From positions 1-56,144 of IMG/VR virus record IMGVR_UViG_3300045957_000043: a stretch of 56,144 nucleotides of DNA, one strand, 5' to 3'. Below are positions 8,428-17,791 of the stretch, piece after piece. The first letter of the stretch is position 1, and every line of letters starts with the position of its first letter. The DNA is from a virus. Lineage: Duplodnaviria > Caudoviricetes. The notes beneath the pieces are model-generated. The model had not been told where the DNA came from. It worked only from the letters and a program-made list of their open reading frames with translations, and searched no databases. Made by a program: the position numbers and the translations under genes.

Positions 8428-9831
8428 CTACCCTCGTCCTGTTTTCTGGACAAGCACTTTTTCGCGATATTTCTTGAGCGCGTCGAAAAGGGCTTTTTGC
8501 CCCGCAGCCTTCGCGGCCAGCCGCCCCAAAACCACTTCGTCAATCGTCAGCTCGGACACGATGCGGTGAATCCTGACCTGCTTTTGTTTCTGCCCCTGGC
8601 GGTAGATTCTGGCTTCAGCCTGCTGGACAGTCTCGGGCTTGTCGCTCAAGCCATACCAGATCACGTCGGCGCAGGCACCTTGCAGCCCGTCGACTCCGTG
8701 CGACATGGCAGCTGGCTGCGCGAGCAAGAGCTGGATTCCCCCTGCGCGAAACCGCTTGATCAGCTCTTGGGTTTGCTTGCTGTTGGTCTTGCCGTTGATC
8801 GCCGGGGCGTCTGGGAACCTTTTGTGCAAGCGCTCTAAGTCATGCCACGTCTGATACAGGCACAAAGCCGGTTTGCCTTGCAGCTCGCCGAGAATCTCGC
8901 TCACGGCGTCGGTCTTGGCGTCATGAATGTGCTCGCTCTCGCGGGTGTCGCTACCCGCTTGGGTGACGTACACGCCGCCGTTAGCGATCTGCCGGCACTT
9001 AGCGTAAGAACTCGTGGGTGAATTAAAATCGAGCGTGCCGTTTTCGAGTTCGGTAAAGACCGCGCGTTCTGCTTTCTCGTAGATCGCGCGGGCTTTTCTA
9101 GGTAACTGCACTATTACGTCTCGGTATACCCGATCAGGCATATCAAGATAGTCTTCTGCGGACATGCGCAGGACCATCGGCGCGATCTGCTTGTCGATCA
9201 GCTTCCTGCCGGCTTCGGTAATTACATATTCCGGGAACGGACCGCGCATGATCTTTTGGCAGAACTTAGCTTTGAATCGGTACTCTGTAGTGCAGAGCGA
9301 TTTGCCCTGGTCGACGAGCTTCATCTGCGGGCCGAGATCGTGATAAGAATTCGCAGCCGGCGTACCGGTCAAGATTACAGTCGGCGAGCCGTTACAGATT
9401 TTGCTGAGAGCTTTCTGCCGTTGCGAGTTCCAGCTTTTAAAACAGCTCGACTCGTCGACGATGACGAGATCGTATTTCGGGCGTGAGTCTTGTTTCGCAA
9501 GCCACCGCACGCCGTCGGTGTTGATTAAGTGCACTTCGCAGCCGTTGTTTAGGTACTTAGCCTTGTTGCTGCCGTGCAGAATACAGTAATCAAAGTTGTA
9601 ACCCCACTGCTCGATTTCTTTAGGCCAGACCAGCCCCATGACCCGGAGAGGCGCGCAGATTAAAACCTGCTGCCATGCGCCAAGTAAGTCTAAACTCGCG
9701 AGCGCTTCGAGCGTGACGACTGTTTTGCCTAAGCCTGGGTCCAGAAAGATCGCAGCGCCCTGGCCCGCCGTGAGTTTCTCTAGCAGGAACTTCACGGCTG
9801 TTTTCTGATACGGATGCAGCTCTAGCTTCAC
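8428..9831 (-). CDS. SNF2-family helicase
   Basis: LHPYQ, DPGLGKT, VDES, LTGTP, QAEARIYRQGQ. Confidence 0.95.
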   Translation of the reverse strand: MKLELHPYQKTAVKFLLEKLTAGQGAAIFLDPGLGKTVVTLEALASLDLLGAWQQVLICAPLRVMGLVWPKEIEQWGYNFDYCILHGSNKAKYLNNGCEVHLINTDGVRWLAKQDSRPKYDLVIVDESSCFKSWNSQRQKALSKICNGSPTVILTGTPAANSYHDLGPQMKLVDQGKSLCTTEYRFKAKFCQKIMRGPFPEYVITEAGRKLIDKQIAPMVLRMSAEDYLDMPDRVYRDVIVQLPRKARAIYEKAERAVFTELENGTLDFNSPTSSYAKCRQIANGGVYVTQAGSDTRESEHIHDAKTDAVSEILGELQGKPALCLYQTWHDLERLHKRFPDAPAINGKTNSKQTQELIKRFRAGGIQLLLAQPAAMSHGVDGLQGACADVIWYGLSDKPETVQQAEARIYRQGQKQKQVRIHRIVSELTIDEVVLGRLAAKAAGQKALFDALKKYREKVLVQKTGRG

Positions 9832-10193
9832 GGCTGTTGTACTGCCTCGAAGAGCGTCGTGTAGTTTCTTGCTTTGAGCTGCTCGTGTCGCCAGTACAGC
9901 TCCGCGCGGCTATTAAAGCTTTCGAGATCTCGGGATTCATCGTGAATGTGCTGCAAGTTAGAAACCAGATCGAGGTGCTTAGGCGGGATGAGGTTTAGCT
10001 CGCTGATTGCTTTGCCCTCGAATTCTGGCTTGTAGTCTTCGTCGTCGATCAGCCACCCCGCTGCGCAGCGTTTGCCGTTTTTCATTCGGTAAAAGCACGA
10101 GCCGCATTCAGTCTGGGATAACGAGCCCTGCTCGTTGAGCTTCTGCACTATGTAGTTAAACACTTCTTCGCGGGACCACTCGTTGAGATCCAT
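9828..10193 (-). CDS. Hypothetical phage protein, paralog C
   Basis: C.YR...RCAAGWLIDDEDYKPEFEG...LQ.IHD. Confidence 0.8.
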   Translation of the reverse strand: MDLNEWSREEVFNYIVQKLNEQGSLSQTECGSCFYRMKNGKRCAAGWLIDDEDYKPEFEGKAISELNLIPPKHLDLVSNLQHIHDESRDLESFNSRAELYWRHEQLKARNYTTLFEAVQQP

Positions 10194-10534
10194 GCGTTCT
10201 CTCCTAGTCGGGTTTTCAGGTCGTTTGCTAACTCGTTAAAAAATTTCAAACCTCTGCGAATCGATAGGTCGTGTATCTCTTGAAGCCCGCTGACGAGATT
10301 GAGGTGCTTGCGGGGGATACATTTCGCGACCGTGGGATCAGTAACCGGTCTGCCTTCGAACTCAGGCTTGTAGTCTTTGTCGTCGATTAGCCAGCCCGCT
10401 GCGCAGCGTCTTGCGTGCGGTCCGCGATACATGCACACGCCCAGTAGAGCGTCATAGCACAGATCACCTTGCTCGTTGATCTTCTGAACAACGTAGTCGA
10501 CTACTTCCTTAGCAGTCCACGCTGAGATATCCAC
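10148..10534 (-). CDS. Hypothetical phage protein, paralog B
   Basis: CMYRGP...RCAAGWLIDDKDYKPEFEG...LQEIHD. Confidence 0.8.
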   Translation of the reverse strand: MDISAWTAKEVVDYVVQKINEQGDLCYDALLGVCMYRGPHARRCAAGWLIDDKDYKPEFEGRPVTDPTVAKCIPRKHLNLVSGLQEIHDLSIRRGLKFFNELANDLKTRLGENAWISTSGPAKKCLTT

Positions 10535-10695
10535 CGTGAGTTTTCTCCTGTTGTATGTCTACCGCCGCACTCTAGAGAGCCCAGCGTCTTGCCTGGGCCG
10601 GGGTCAAGAAGCAACCCCGCCCCGCGACCCTCGGTGATCCGTTCTAAGAGAAAAGCGACTGCTTGTTTTTGGTAGTTGTGCAGCATGGTTTCCAT
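10501..10695 (-). pseudogene. Truncated duplicate of the SNF2 helicase N-terminus
   Basis: LHNYQKQAVAFLLERITEGRGAGLLLDPGPGKT vs LHPYQKTAVKFLLEKLTAGQGAAIFLDPGLGKT. Confidence 0.8.
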
Positions 10696-11048
10696 TCCAG
10701 GTTGAGTTCGCGAGCCAGACGTTCCGCGTTGAGGTTAAACCCAGCTACGCCTTTTCGAGTTATTGCCGCGTCGTCGTGCGCGTCTTGCAGCCTCCCGATT
10801 AAATCCCGATGGTGTTCCGGGAACACGGCATCGAGCGGCGGATCTGAAACGCACTTTCCTTCGTAACTCAGCTTGTAGTCTTCGTCGTCGATCAACCAAC
10901 CCGCTGCGCATCTCACCCCGTGCGGCCCGCGATAGCAACACGCGGCGCCAAGCTCGTCCTGTACAAACGACAGCGCGTTTTGCTCGTTGATCTTCTGCAC
11001 TACAAAGTCAAAAACGTGTTGCCATGTCCAGTTTGAGATATCCATCAT
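10644..11048 (-). CDS. Hypothetical phage protein, paralog A
   Basis: CCYRGPHGVRCAAGWLIDDEDYKLSYEG...LQDAHD. Confidence 0.8.
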   Translation of the reverse strand: MMDISNWTWQHVFDFVVQKINEQNALSFVQDELGAACCYRGPHGVRCAAGWLIDDEDYKLSYEGKCVSDPPLDAVFPEHHRDLIGRLQDAHDDAAITRKGVAGFNLNAERLARELNLEWKPCCTTTKNKQSLFS

Positions 11049-11143
11049 TCACCCTCCCGCTGATTAGCTTCCGATAACGCTTCGGCTAAGGCTTCCTGCA
11101 GTCCGTGTTCTAATAGCATCCAGATATCTTCTTGATCCATCAT
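11045..11143 (-). CDS. 32-aa acidic peptide (not in ORF track)
   Basis: MMDQEDIWMLLEHGLQEALAEALSEANQREGE; GGAGGG RBS; ATGA coupling. Confidence 0.5.
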   Translation of the reverse strand: MMDQEDIWMLLEHGLQEALAEALSEANQREGE

Positions 11144-11164
11144 TCACCCTCCCCGCTGCGGTTG

Positions 11165-13255
11165 TTAATCTTTTCGATACCGAGTAGCCGTGAAGCCTGC
11201 TGCTTTGATCGGCCAACCTTGAGCCCATGCAGGCAACTCGCACAACAGCTGTTGGACTTGCTCAACAGAGACATTGAGGTCAGTCTCACAGCACGCTTCG
11301 TCGTGCACATGAAAAATCGTATTGATCCCGGCGCGCTCCAGGTTTAGTAAACCCTGCGCGAGAATATCCCGAGCGATAGCCTGGGTAGCGTTCTCGACCA
11401 GCAAGCCCGGATAGAGTCTCTTGGCGGAGCGATCGTTGGGGTTAAAGCAAGTCAAAACGTCGCGTTTGCCGATGGGAGTCTCGACTTGTTTCTTGATCTC
11501 CGGCTTAAAGTAATACAGCGATCTACCTGACGGCAGAGCCATGCGCAACCACTGGTAGCCGGCCTGCTCGTAGATATCAAACTTTATGAACTGGTTCACG
11601 TGCTGCGGCTCACCGGTTTGCACACACGCAAACGCCGCGTCGCCCATCGCGTACCAGAACTCAACGATCGGGCGGTTCGCGCGGCGATACACATCTACGA
11701 CGTAAGCCGCTGCGATCTGGTGGTCAGTGAGCTTGCCGGGTTTAGCGATGAGTGTAGTGCCGTGCTTCTGTAATGCAGTAAAGCTCTTCTCTCCGCCGGT
11801 TAACTCAGCCACTCGGTTCCACTTGTCGAGCTGTGCGGTTTTGCCTCGGATTACTTTCGTGCCGGGGATCTCAAGATCCTGGTTATCACCCCAAGCGTGC
11901 AGCATTTCAGCGAACTTCAAGAACCCACACGAATACTGCAAACTGAGCACGGCGACTTTAGAGACAAACCGTTCAGCTTTAGTAATCTCGTCTGCGGGTT
12001 TCTCGTAGAGCTTGGCGCCGAACTCGCAGTAAATATCTGCACCTGAATCAAACAGCTTGAGCATCTCAGTGTGCTGACTGAGTGCACAGACTACGACACC
12101 TTCAATCGAAGTGTAGTCACAAGCGATCAGCTGCTTGTTCTCGGGAGCTTTTACCATCGACCTGATGCACGAGCTTAAAGCGGCGGTTGTGTCGCCGTAT
12201 AGCATTTCGATCAGGTCGGGGTCTTCTTCGGGTAGCAGCTCGATCACGTCTTCGATTTGCTGCTGGTTTTTCAGCGACCCCCGCGTGAGATTCTGAAACT
12301 GCACGCCCCTGCCTGACCAGCGGCCCGTACCCGCACCGTAGAACATCATCGAGTTATGCACGCGCCCGCAGTACTCGCGGTCGAGCATTGCTTGGTATTT
12401 GCTCACACTCGCACGGGATAATTCCAGGCGCAGCTCTAACATCCGGCTGGCTTCGCTCGGCAAGTCCGGGTCCTTGAGTGCAGTCTCGACGACGGGTCTT
12501 GATAAATCTTCGAGCTGCACACCGTGGTGAATTTCTAGCCAGCCAAGAATGCGCTGCACTTGCCGACCTGTAGTGATCTCGCCGCTGGATAATTCAGCGA
12601 TCTCTTGCTCTAGTTTCTGTTTGTGCTTTTCGAGAAGGTTCACCGCGTGTCGGCAGGATTCTAGATCAACCGGGATGCCCCGGTTATTGATGACGTAATC
12701 TAATTGCCAGATAGTCTGCTCGCTCTCGGGGATCGCGGGCGTCGCTTTGTGGATCTCGCGTTCGACTTCTACGTCGATCTGGCAGTAGGCGTAGGTCTTC
12801 TCTAGCAGGTCCGGATTAAAGTTTCGCACGCCGTCTTTGTTGGGCTTGCAAACGTGCAGCATCGCGCGGTGCCCGATATCGTCTTTCTGCTGTGTGAGAT
12901 TAAGCGCAGCGCCGCAGTGCTTGAGGGCTCTAGGTAGTCCGCAAGCAGCAGCCCGGACTGCAGTGCATTCCCACTGTGAGATTGGTATTTCCGGCCAGCC
13001 GTGCACCGGCGCACAGTGATTATTTAAGACAGCTAGCTCAAAGCTTGCGTTGTAAGCGTGAAATTTGTAGTTCTCGGGCTCATAGAAAAAACCTGGCAGC
13101 GGATCTTCAGGGAGCCATAACTCTGCTGGTTTATCTCCGACAGCCCACGCCATGCAGAGCAAGTCAAACGACTCGCAGCTGGTGTAGCACTTCGTGCTTG
13201 TCTTGCGCAAGTCAGTCTCGCAGTAAGTTTCGAAATCAATAAACACGTTAGTCAT
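11165..13255 (-). CDS. polA: Phage family A DNA polymerase with 3'-5' exonuclease
   Basis: IDFET exonuclease I; motif A ACDYTSIE; motif B RFVSKVAVLSLQY; motif C HVHDE; ENATQAIARD. Confidence 0.95.
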   Translation of the reverse strand: MTNVFIDFETYCETDLRKTSTKCYTSCESFDLLCMAWAVGDKPAELWLPEDPLPGFFYEPENYKFHAYNASFELAVLNNHCAPVHGWPEIPISQWECTAVRAAACGLPRALKHCGAALNLTQQKDDIGHRAMLHVCKPNKDGVRNFNPDLLEKTYAYCQIDVEVEREIHKATPAIPESEQTIWQLDYVINNRGIPVDLESCRHAVNLLEKHKQKLEQEIAELSSGEITTGRQVQRILGWLEIHHGVQLEDLSRPVVETALKDPDLPSEASRMLELRLELSRASVSKYQAMLDREYCGRVHNSMMFYGAGTGRWSGRGVQFQNLTRGSLKNQQQIEDVIELLPEEDPDLIEMLYGDTTAALSSCIRSMVKAPENKQLIACDYTSIEGVVVCALSQHTEMLKLFDSGADIYCEFGAKLYEKPADEITKAERFVSKVAVLSLQYSCGFLKFAEMLHAWGDNQDLEIPGTKVIRGKTAQLDKWNRVAELTGGEKSFTALQKHGTTLIAKPGKLTDHQIAAAYVVDVYRRANRPIVEFWYAMGDAAFACVQTGEPQHVNQFIKFDIYEQAGYQWLRMALPSGRSLYYFKPEIKKQVETPIGKRDVLTCFNPNDRSAKRLYPGLLVENATQAIARDILAQGLLNLERAGINTIFHVHDEACCETDLNVSVEQVQQLLCELPAWAQGWPIKAAGFTATRYRKD

Positions 13256-13908
13256 ACTCTTGCCACCTTGCGCACGGGTATCGTTATGGCGTCTTCGGGA
13301 TGCCAGCCTCGATTGAGACGGCTGGTTATCGTGCGTCTGTGAATGCCCGTGATCTCGCCCCATTCGGTGATTGTTTTCGCAATACCGTTGACGGTTAGCA
13401 CATGGTTGTTGCGGCGGTTACGTGATTGCGTGATTCTGTCAGCCCAGCGGCAGTTTTCAGGCTCATAGTCGCTGTCGTTGTCGATCCGGTCCAGGCTGTA
13501 GTCGTTGCCCGGTCGCGGTCCCATGTCGTCGTAGAAATACTCGAAGCCTTCAAGCCAGCGGACACATACGCGAATACCCCGCGCGCCGTAGTCTTTGTAG
13601 TACGGGCTGCGAGGGTTGTAACATCGCTTTTTCATCGACGCCCACGCTTCGTATTCGGGGGTCCTGCACATCCCGTGTTGTAGGTTGCGAGAAGTTTTTG
13701 TCTCTCGGTCGTAGCAGCCGCAGCTCTTCGTGTTGCCGTTGCTGAGACTACCCGGATAGACAGCCGTGCGTTTTCCGCAGCGACACCTGCAGATAGCGAT
13801 CCGTGATCGGCACCAGCCTTTTTTGAGTCGTGCGTACGGGACAACCCGGTAGTAGAAAGCTTCGACGGTTAGCCGGCCAAAAACGTCGCCAAGATGGACT
13901 GCAGCCAC
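13252..13908 (-). CDS. HNH-type (homing-like) endonuclease
   Basis: FGRLTV, CRCRCG, TKSCGC, W.SMKKRC, YGARGI.VC, SLDRIDND..YEPENCRWA. Confidence 0.85.
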   Translation of the reverse strand: MAAVHLGDVFGRLTVEAFYYRVVPYARLKKGWCRSRIAICRCRCGKRTAVYPGSLSNGNTKSCGCYDRETKTSRNLQHGMCRTPEYEAWASMKKRCYNPRSPYYKDYGARGIRVCVRWLEGFEYFYDDMGPRPGNDYSLDRIDNDSDYEPENCRWADRITQSRNRRNNHVLTVNGIAKTITEWGEITGIHRRTITSRLNRGWHPEDAITIPVRKVARV

Positions 13909-13920
13909 GGGAACACCAGT

Positions 13921-13967
13921 TAAAGAAACCGCCCGCCGCGCGGGGGAACGCGACGGACGGCGGGGGA
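13921..13967 (-). terminator. Putative intrinsic terminator after the SSB gene
   Basis: GC-rich hairpin followed by TTTCTTT on the minus strand. Confidence 0.5.
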
Positions 13968-13988
13968 AAAGAAGCAAGAAAAGAGGGG

Positions 13989-14558
13989 TTACGCCAGCAT
14001 TTCGTCTTCGAGTTCTTCGTACTCTTCAGCATCCGCGAATGCCGACTCGGGATTGCCGCCGCCGCTTGAACCAAAAGCCGTGTCTTGCTTAACCAGCAGC
14101 ACTGAATTCAGTCCGAGCGAAACACCTTTACCGAGATAGTCATAGGCATACGATGAAGTTTCCACGCGGCACCAACACCCGGCGTAGATTTTGCCGTCGT
14201 CTTCTGTTAGGTCTTCAAATTGACCTTCGAATTTGCGCACGACGCGCACGGGTTTTTTGGAACTGAACTTCACGTATGTCCAGCCGTCTTCGTAGCCTTC
14301 TAGGTCGCTCTTTCGACCGCAGTCATGAAACGGCTGTCGGTTTTCAGCAAGGTTTTTGAGCGAGACTTTGCCGTTGAACGCTTCCTTGAGTTTTTCTTCG
14401 CAGGCTTTTCGCAGTACTGATAGATCAGCACTCGGTGGAAACAACAGAGTGCACTCGTATTTCGGCGCTGATGCGTTCCCGGTGTTTGGATCGACAAACA
14501 CGGTGGGTTTCCAGAGCGACGGAAACGACAGTCGGCCAACAGGCGTAACTAATGCCAT
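13989..14558 (-). CDS. DUF2815 / T7 gp2.5-like ssDNA-binding protein
   Basis: GRLSFPSLWKP, KYECTLL, IYAGCW, GVSLGLNSV; acidic C-terminal tail. Confidence 0.9.
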   Translation of the reverse strand: MALVTPVGRLSFPSLWKPTVFVDPNTGNASAPKYECTLLFPPSADLSVLRKACEEKLKEAFNGKVSLKNLAENRQPFHDCGRKSDLEGYEDGWTYVKFSSKKPVRVVRKFEGQFEDLTEDDGKIYAGCWCRVETSSYAYDYLGKGVSLGLNSVLLVKQDTAFGSSGGGNPESAFADAEEYEELEDEMLA

Positions 14559-14560
14559 GA

Positions 14561-15697
14561 TTAACACTCCTCATAGTCTTGGAATACAGTCTCGGGGTCA
14601 GAAGCTTCGACAGCTTGACGGTGATCAGAGACCGGGGCTGCAACCAATCCGCGCGGCGGTCGACAGGTGAGATCGCTTAGGTCGATCTTCAGTCTCTGAT
14701 TCTCTTTGATTGCTTTCGCGACTTGCGTCGGCGACTGCAGTTTTTTAGTTGTCTTGTACAGATACTTAGCCGGGACTTTGCGCGACTTGAGTTCCTTAAC
14801 GAGATCCTCTTCGTCGAGCGCCCAAGTTGTACTCCCGAGCGACTCGACCACCTTATAGCCTTCGACTTCAGCGCCGTTTTGCATTGCATCGCACAGCTTT
14901 CTCGGCACCGAGTCGCATACTTTCTTAATCGCGACACGGGCTTCGTAGATATCAAGCCAGTCTTGAATCGGCCAGTTATCTACGTCGACGTGCTTGGATT
15001 TCTTAGCGAGAGCTAACAGCGCCGGACAATAGTTCCGCGAGTTGCAGAGACTACAGTGATCGCCTGTGATTAGCTCCACACTGAGCAACGACTCAACGAA
15101 ACGATCGCGGAACGCAATCAGTTCTCCGTAAGTAATATCAGCGTGCTTGATCTGCTGGTCGTCCCGCGAGTTTTGGTACGCGCGAGGCTGCACGACTGTC
15201 GCGCGGAACCGAACACCTTCAGGATCAGGCAGCTCTTCGATACCGAATTTCTCGGCGGCGAGTAGCAAGTACAGCATCAACTGCGGGTTGTCATGCACCG
15301 CAACAAACTGGCCAACGCCGTGCTTGTAGTCGACAACGTGCAGGACTAGCTCGCCGTCGTCATCTTCGTACACCAACAGGCAGTCGATTGTCCCGCCGAG
15401 CCCTTTGATATTTTGCGACTTGCATCGCACCTCAAATTCTTTGGTGATCAATAACGCCTGACTGCAGACGTGCTTGACGTACTTAACGTAGACGCTCACG
15501 CTTGCAAGCATTTCTTCGTCGAGTTCGTTACCCGGTACGGGCGCATCGACGAGCAACTTGTAAGCAAGCGCGTGGGCTTCGTGCCCCTCGCGGGTGAACT
15601 CGTTTTCGTCGTTATCCTTGGCCAACGTTAGATGCCCAGGACAGAGCAGTGTCAGCCAGCCGCTACTCGGCGAGATAGGAAAACCCCGATACTCCAT
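14561..15697 (-). CDS. DUF2800 PD-(D/E)XK nuclease
   Basis: SPSS...CPG, EG..AH, GGTID, VVDYKHGVG..V...NPQL.LY, VQPR, G.HCSLC. Confidence 0.9.
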   Translation of the reverse strand: MEYRGFPISPSSGWLTLLCPGHLTLAKDNDENEFTREGHEAHALAYKLLVDAPVPGNELDEEMLASVSVYVKYVKHVCSQALLITKEFEVRCKSQNIKGLGGTIDCLLVYEDDDGELVLHVVDYKHGVGQFVAVHDNPQLMLYLLLAAEKFGIEELPDPEGVRFRATVVQPRAYQNSRDDQQIKHADITYGELIAFRDRFVESLLSVELITGDHCSLCNSRNYCPALLALAKKSKHVDVDNWPIQDWLDIYEARVAIKKVCDSVPRKLCDAMQNGAEVEGYKVVESLGSTTWALDEEDLVKELKSRKVPAKYLYKTTKKLQSPTQVAKAIKENQRLKIDLSDLTCRPPRGLVAAPVSDHRQAVEASDPETVFQDYEEC

Positions 15698-15703
15698 GTG
15701 TAG

Positions 15704-16039
15704 CTACTCCGAAACTAAGGCAAGTACCTTCTCGTAGAAGTCAGCTAACTGCTCGTCGGCAATTCCGCTGATTGACTTCGCGTCGTACTCGCCGAGAAGC
15801 TCAGCAAGCTGTGAGCGTTCGAGCCGCCCTCCGGTCAAGGCGTCTTTGCAAATTAGTACCAGCGAGTCGCGATCGGGTGCGGCGGCGGTTTGCGTTCGGG
15901 TTTTGGTTTCGGGTTTGGGTTTGCTGCTATCTCGCGACGGCGCGGTTTCTGCGTGAGATTCGAGCAACACGCGGCGGACGATATTGGCGAGCAAATCTTC
16001 GAGGTCGTCGATTTCGAGACGCACGTTTAGAACAGCCAT
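15704..16039 (-). CDS. Hypothetical replication-module protein
   Basis: AAGGAG RBS; C-terminal LL..Y.AK.IS.I motif, typical upstream of DUF2800. Confidence 0.75.
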   Translation of the reverse strand: MAVLNVRLEIDDLEDLLANIVRRVLLESHAETAPSRDSSKPKPETKTRTQTAAAPDRDSLVLICKDALTGGRLERSQLAELLGEYDAKSISGIADEQLADFYEKVLALVSE

Positions 16040-16114
16040 GTGTAGTAACTCCTTAACAAAACCAGCTGGCTGGGAATCAAGATGAGTCGCTTTTCTTTGC
16101 GACCAACTCGCCAC

Positions 16115-16144
16115 ATAGTAGGCGGGTAGTAAGCTACTAGTCAA
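16115..16144 (-). promoter_or_regulatory. Sigma70-like promoter for the replication operon
   Basis: TTGACT-18bp-TACTAT. Confidence 0.5.
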
Positions 16145-16545
16145 GCACCCGTTTTCTTTTTTCCGCTAACGCGATAGCCAGCGTGTTCGAGCGACAGGCG
16201 GCAGATTTCGAGGAACTCCTCGATTTCTAAGTTGCGCTTCGCGAAATTCGCGTGTTTCGTAGTCAGCTGCAGATTTTCAAGCGTATTTTTTCCGCCTTTT
16301 TCCAGCGGTCGAACATGATCGACACTGCAGTTATCTGGGGTCAGCGGCACCCCCGTGATTGCACAGGAATATTCCTGGTTTTCGAGCAGCTCTTGCAACT
16401 GCAATCGGGTGACGCTGCAACCCCGTCGACCTAGAAGCCTGACTTTGGTCTCCATCACTCTCACCCACGGGTCTTGCTGCCTTTTTTCGTCACGGTTCAG
16501 CTTCTTTGCGAGGGCTGCTAATCGGTATTTCCAAGCGGTATCCAA
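16141..16545 (-). CDS. HNH endonuclease
   Basis: CAITG...SVDHVRPLEKGGKNTLENLQL...N.AK. Confidence 0.85.
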   Translation of the reverse strand: MDTAWKYRLAALAKKLNRDEKRQQDPWVRVMETKVRLLGRRGCSVTRLQLQELLENQEYSCAITGVPLTPDNCSVDHVRPLEKGGKNTLENLQLTTKHANFAKRNLEIEEFLEICRLSLEHAGYRVSGKKKTGA

Positions 16546-16792
16546 GTTCGAAGAGACCTGTTGCGACGGAGTTAGCGGTTTTTGTTACAAACTCTTCGGC
16601 AAACACGTCGAAGGCGCAGCCGTGCAGCATTTCGTGGATGAGGGTTTCGAGAAGCGAACACCCGGATAAGTCTTCGTTGACCAGAATTTCGGAACGTTCC
16701 GAGTCGCAAGAACCGTGAGCACCGTCCAAAAGACTTGCTGGGACGGCGCTGACGCGATAGAATTGTCCGTTAAGCCTAACTATGCACTGCAT
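16490..16792 (-). CDS. Small HEXXH zincin-like protein
   Basis: G.CD....I.V....LETLIHEMLHG...EEFV. Confidence 0.75.
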   Translation of the reverse strand: MQCIVRLNGQFYRVSAVPASLLDGAHGSCDSERSEILVNEDLSGCSLLETLIHEMLHGCAFDVFAEEFVTKTANSVATGLFELGYRLEIPISSPRKEAEP

Positions 16793-16826
16793 AGTTAATT
16801 GTATGGCAGTAAGAGGTTACTGATCT

Positions 16827-17453
16827 ATGAAGGTTTATGTGTGCGGAAAGATGCGAGGAGTGCCGCTCTTCAATCGCCCGCAGTTCGACCAGATCGAGCA
16901 CCGGCTGAAGCTACGCGGCTGGCTGGTTCGCACCCCGATCACGTCGGATCTAGAACTTGGGTTCGATCTGCACGGTGAGAACACCGACGGGAGTGTCGAG
17001 CCTGACCCTGAGCAGATGGTGGAGTTTCTGCGGGCCGACGTGGAGAACGTAATCTGGTGCGACGCGATCGCGCTTTTGCCGGACTGGGTGCAATCTCGCG
17101 GCGCCCAGATGGAATACTGGATGGCGCGATACCTAGGCCGGCAAGTCCTGGACGACCACGGTAACCCCCTCCCGTTGCCACCGACTGACCCCCTACAGCA
17201 AGACGTGCTAGAAGAGGCGTTATTGCTGACTTCTGGTGCGCGTCACGACCAATACGGTGCGCCGAACGCAGATTTTCAGCGGATTGCCGCGATGTGGACG
17301 ACGCTTTTTTCTCGGGAATTCTCGCCACACGAAGTCGCAATGGCGATGATCTGCCTGAAACTGTCTAGAATGACGCACAGTCCCCAAAAGCGGGACCACT
17401 GGGTCGACGTAGCGGGTTACTCGCGGTGTGGGTGGCTTTGTCTTGACGACTGA
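16827..17453 (+). CDS. DUF4406 (nucleoside deoxyribosyltransferase-like) + DUF6378 fusion
   Basis: VYVCGKMRG...CDAIALLPDW..SRGA.ME; R...YG.P...F.RIA.MW...MICLKLSR...DHWVDVAGY. Confidence 0.8.
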   Translation: MKVYVCGKMRGVPLFNRPQFDQIEHRLKLRGWLVRTPITSDLELGFDLHGENTDGSVEPDPEQMVEFLRADVENVIWCDAIALLPDWVQSRGAQMEYWMARYLGRQVLDDHGNPLPLPPTDPLQQDVLEEALLLTSGARHDQYGAPNADFQRIAAMWTTLFSREFSPHEVAMAMICLKLSRMTHSPQKRDHWVDVAGYSRCGWLCLDD

Positions 17454-17658
17454 TAGGTACGATGAATTTATGGACATACGATACCCAGAGTCCAAAATTG
17501 CGGGTCGGACCGAATATCTGATCCTTAAAGCAGATACGTTCGGCGACGAGAAGCTATTGCATCGCCTTATCACCTGTTTTCAAGAAGGTGAGATGATCGT
17601 GGAGTCGCAAGACCGCGTGCTGACGTGGCGTTCAGAGCAAGTTCCGGAAACGGACTGA
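17428..17658 (+). CDS. Hypothetical protein, paralog of 8121-8294
   Basis: Internal similarity to 8121-8294; start uncertain. Confidence 0.6.
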   Translation: MGGFVLTTDRYDEFMDIRYPESKIAGRTEYLILKADTFGDEKLLHRLITCFQEGEMIVESQDRVLTWRSEQVPETD

Positions 17659-17662
17659 ATAG

Positions 17663-17791
17663 CTATTTAAACCGGTCGGCGAGTTCGCTGATTTCCGATA
17701 GCAGCTTTTTAAGCGGTGACAGTCCGAACAGAGCAACTGTCGCTGCGCCGATAAAGCCCCCAACAAGCCCGCCTAAAAACGCACCAAGCAT
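17663..17791 (-). CDS. 42-aa Gly-rich membrane peptide (not in ORF track)
   Basis: MLGAFLGGLVGGFIGAATVALFGLSPLKKLLSEISELADRFK; TGATG coupling, GGAGGA RBS. Confidence 0.6.
   Translation of the reverse strand: MLGAFLGGLVGGFIGAATVALFGLSPLKKLLSEISELADRFK

Noticed and set aside
13252-13977. HNH gene as part of a group I intron or intein in the polymerase
   Set aside because: It is free-standing upstream of the polymerase start, and the polymerase motifs are uninterrupted.
14561-15697. Cas4 or CRISPR adaptation gene
   Set aside because: The DUF2800-DUF2815-PolA context is a standard phage replication module, with no array.
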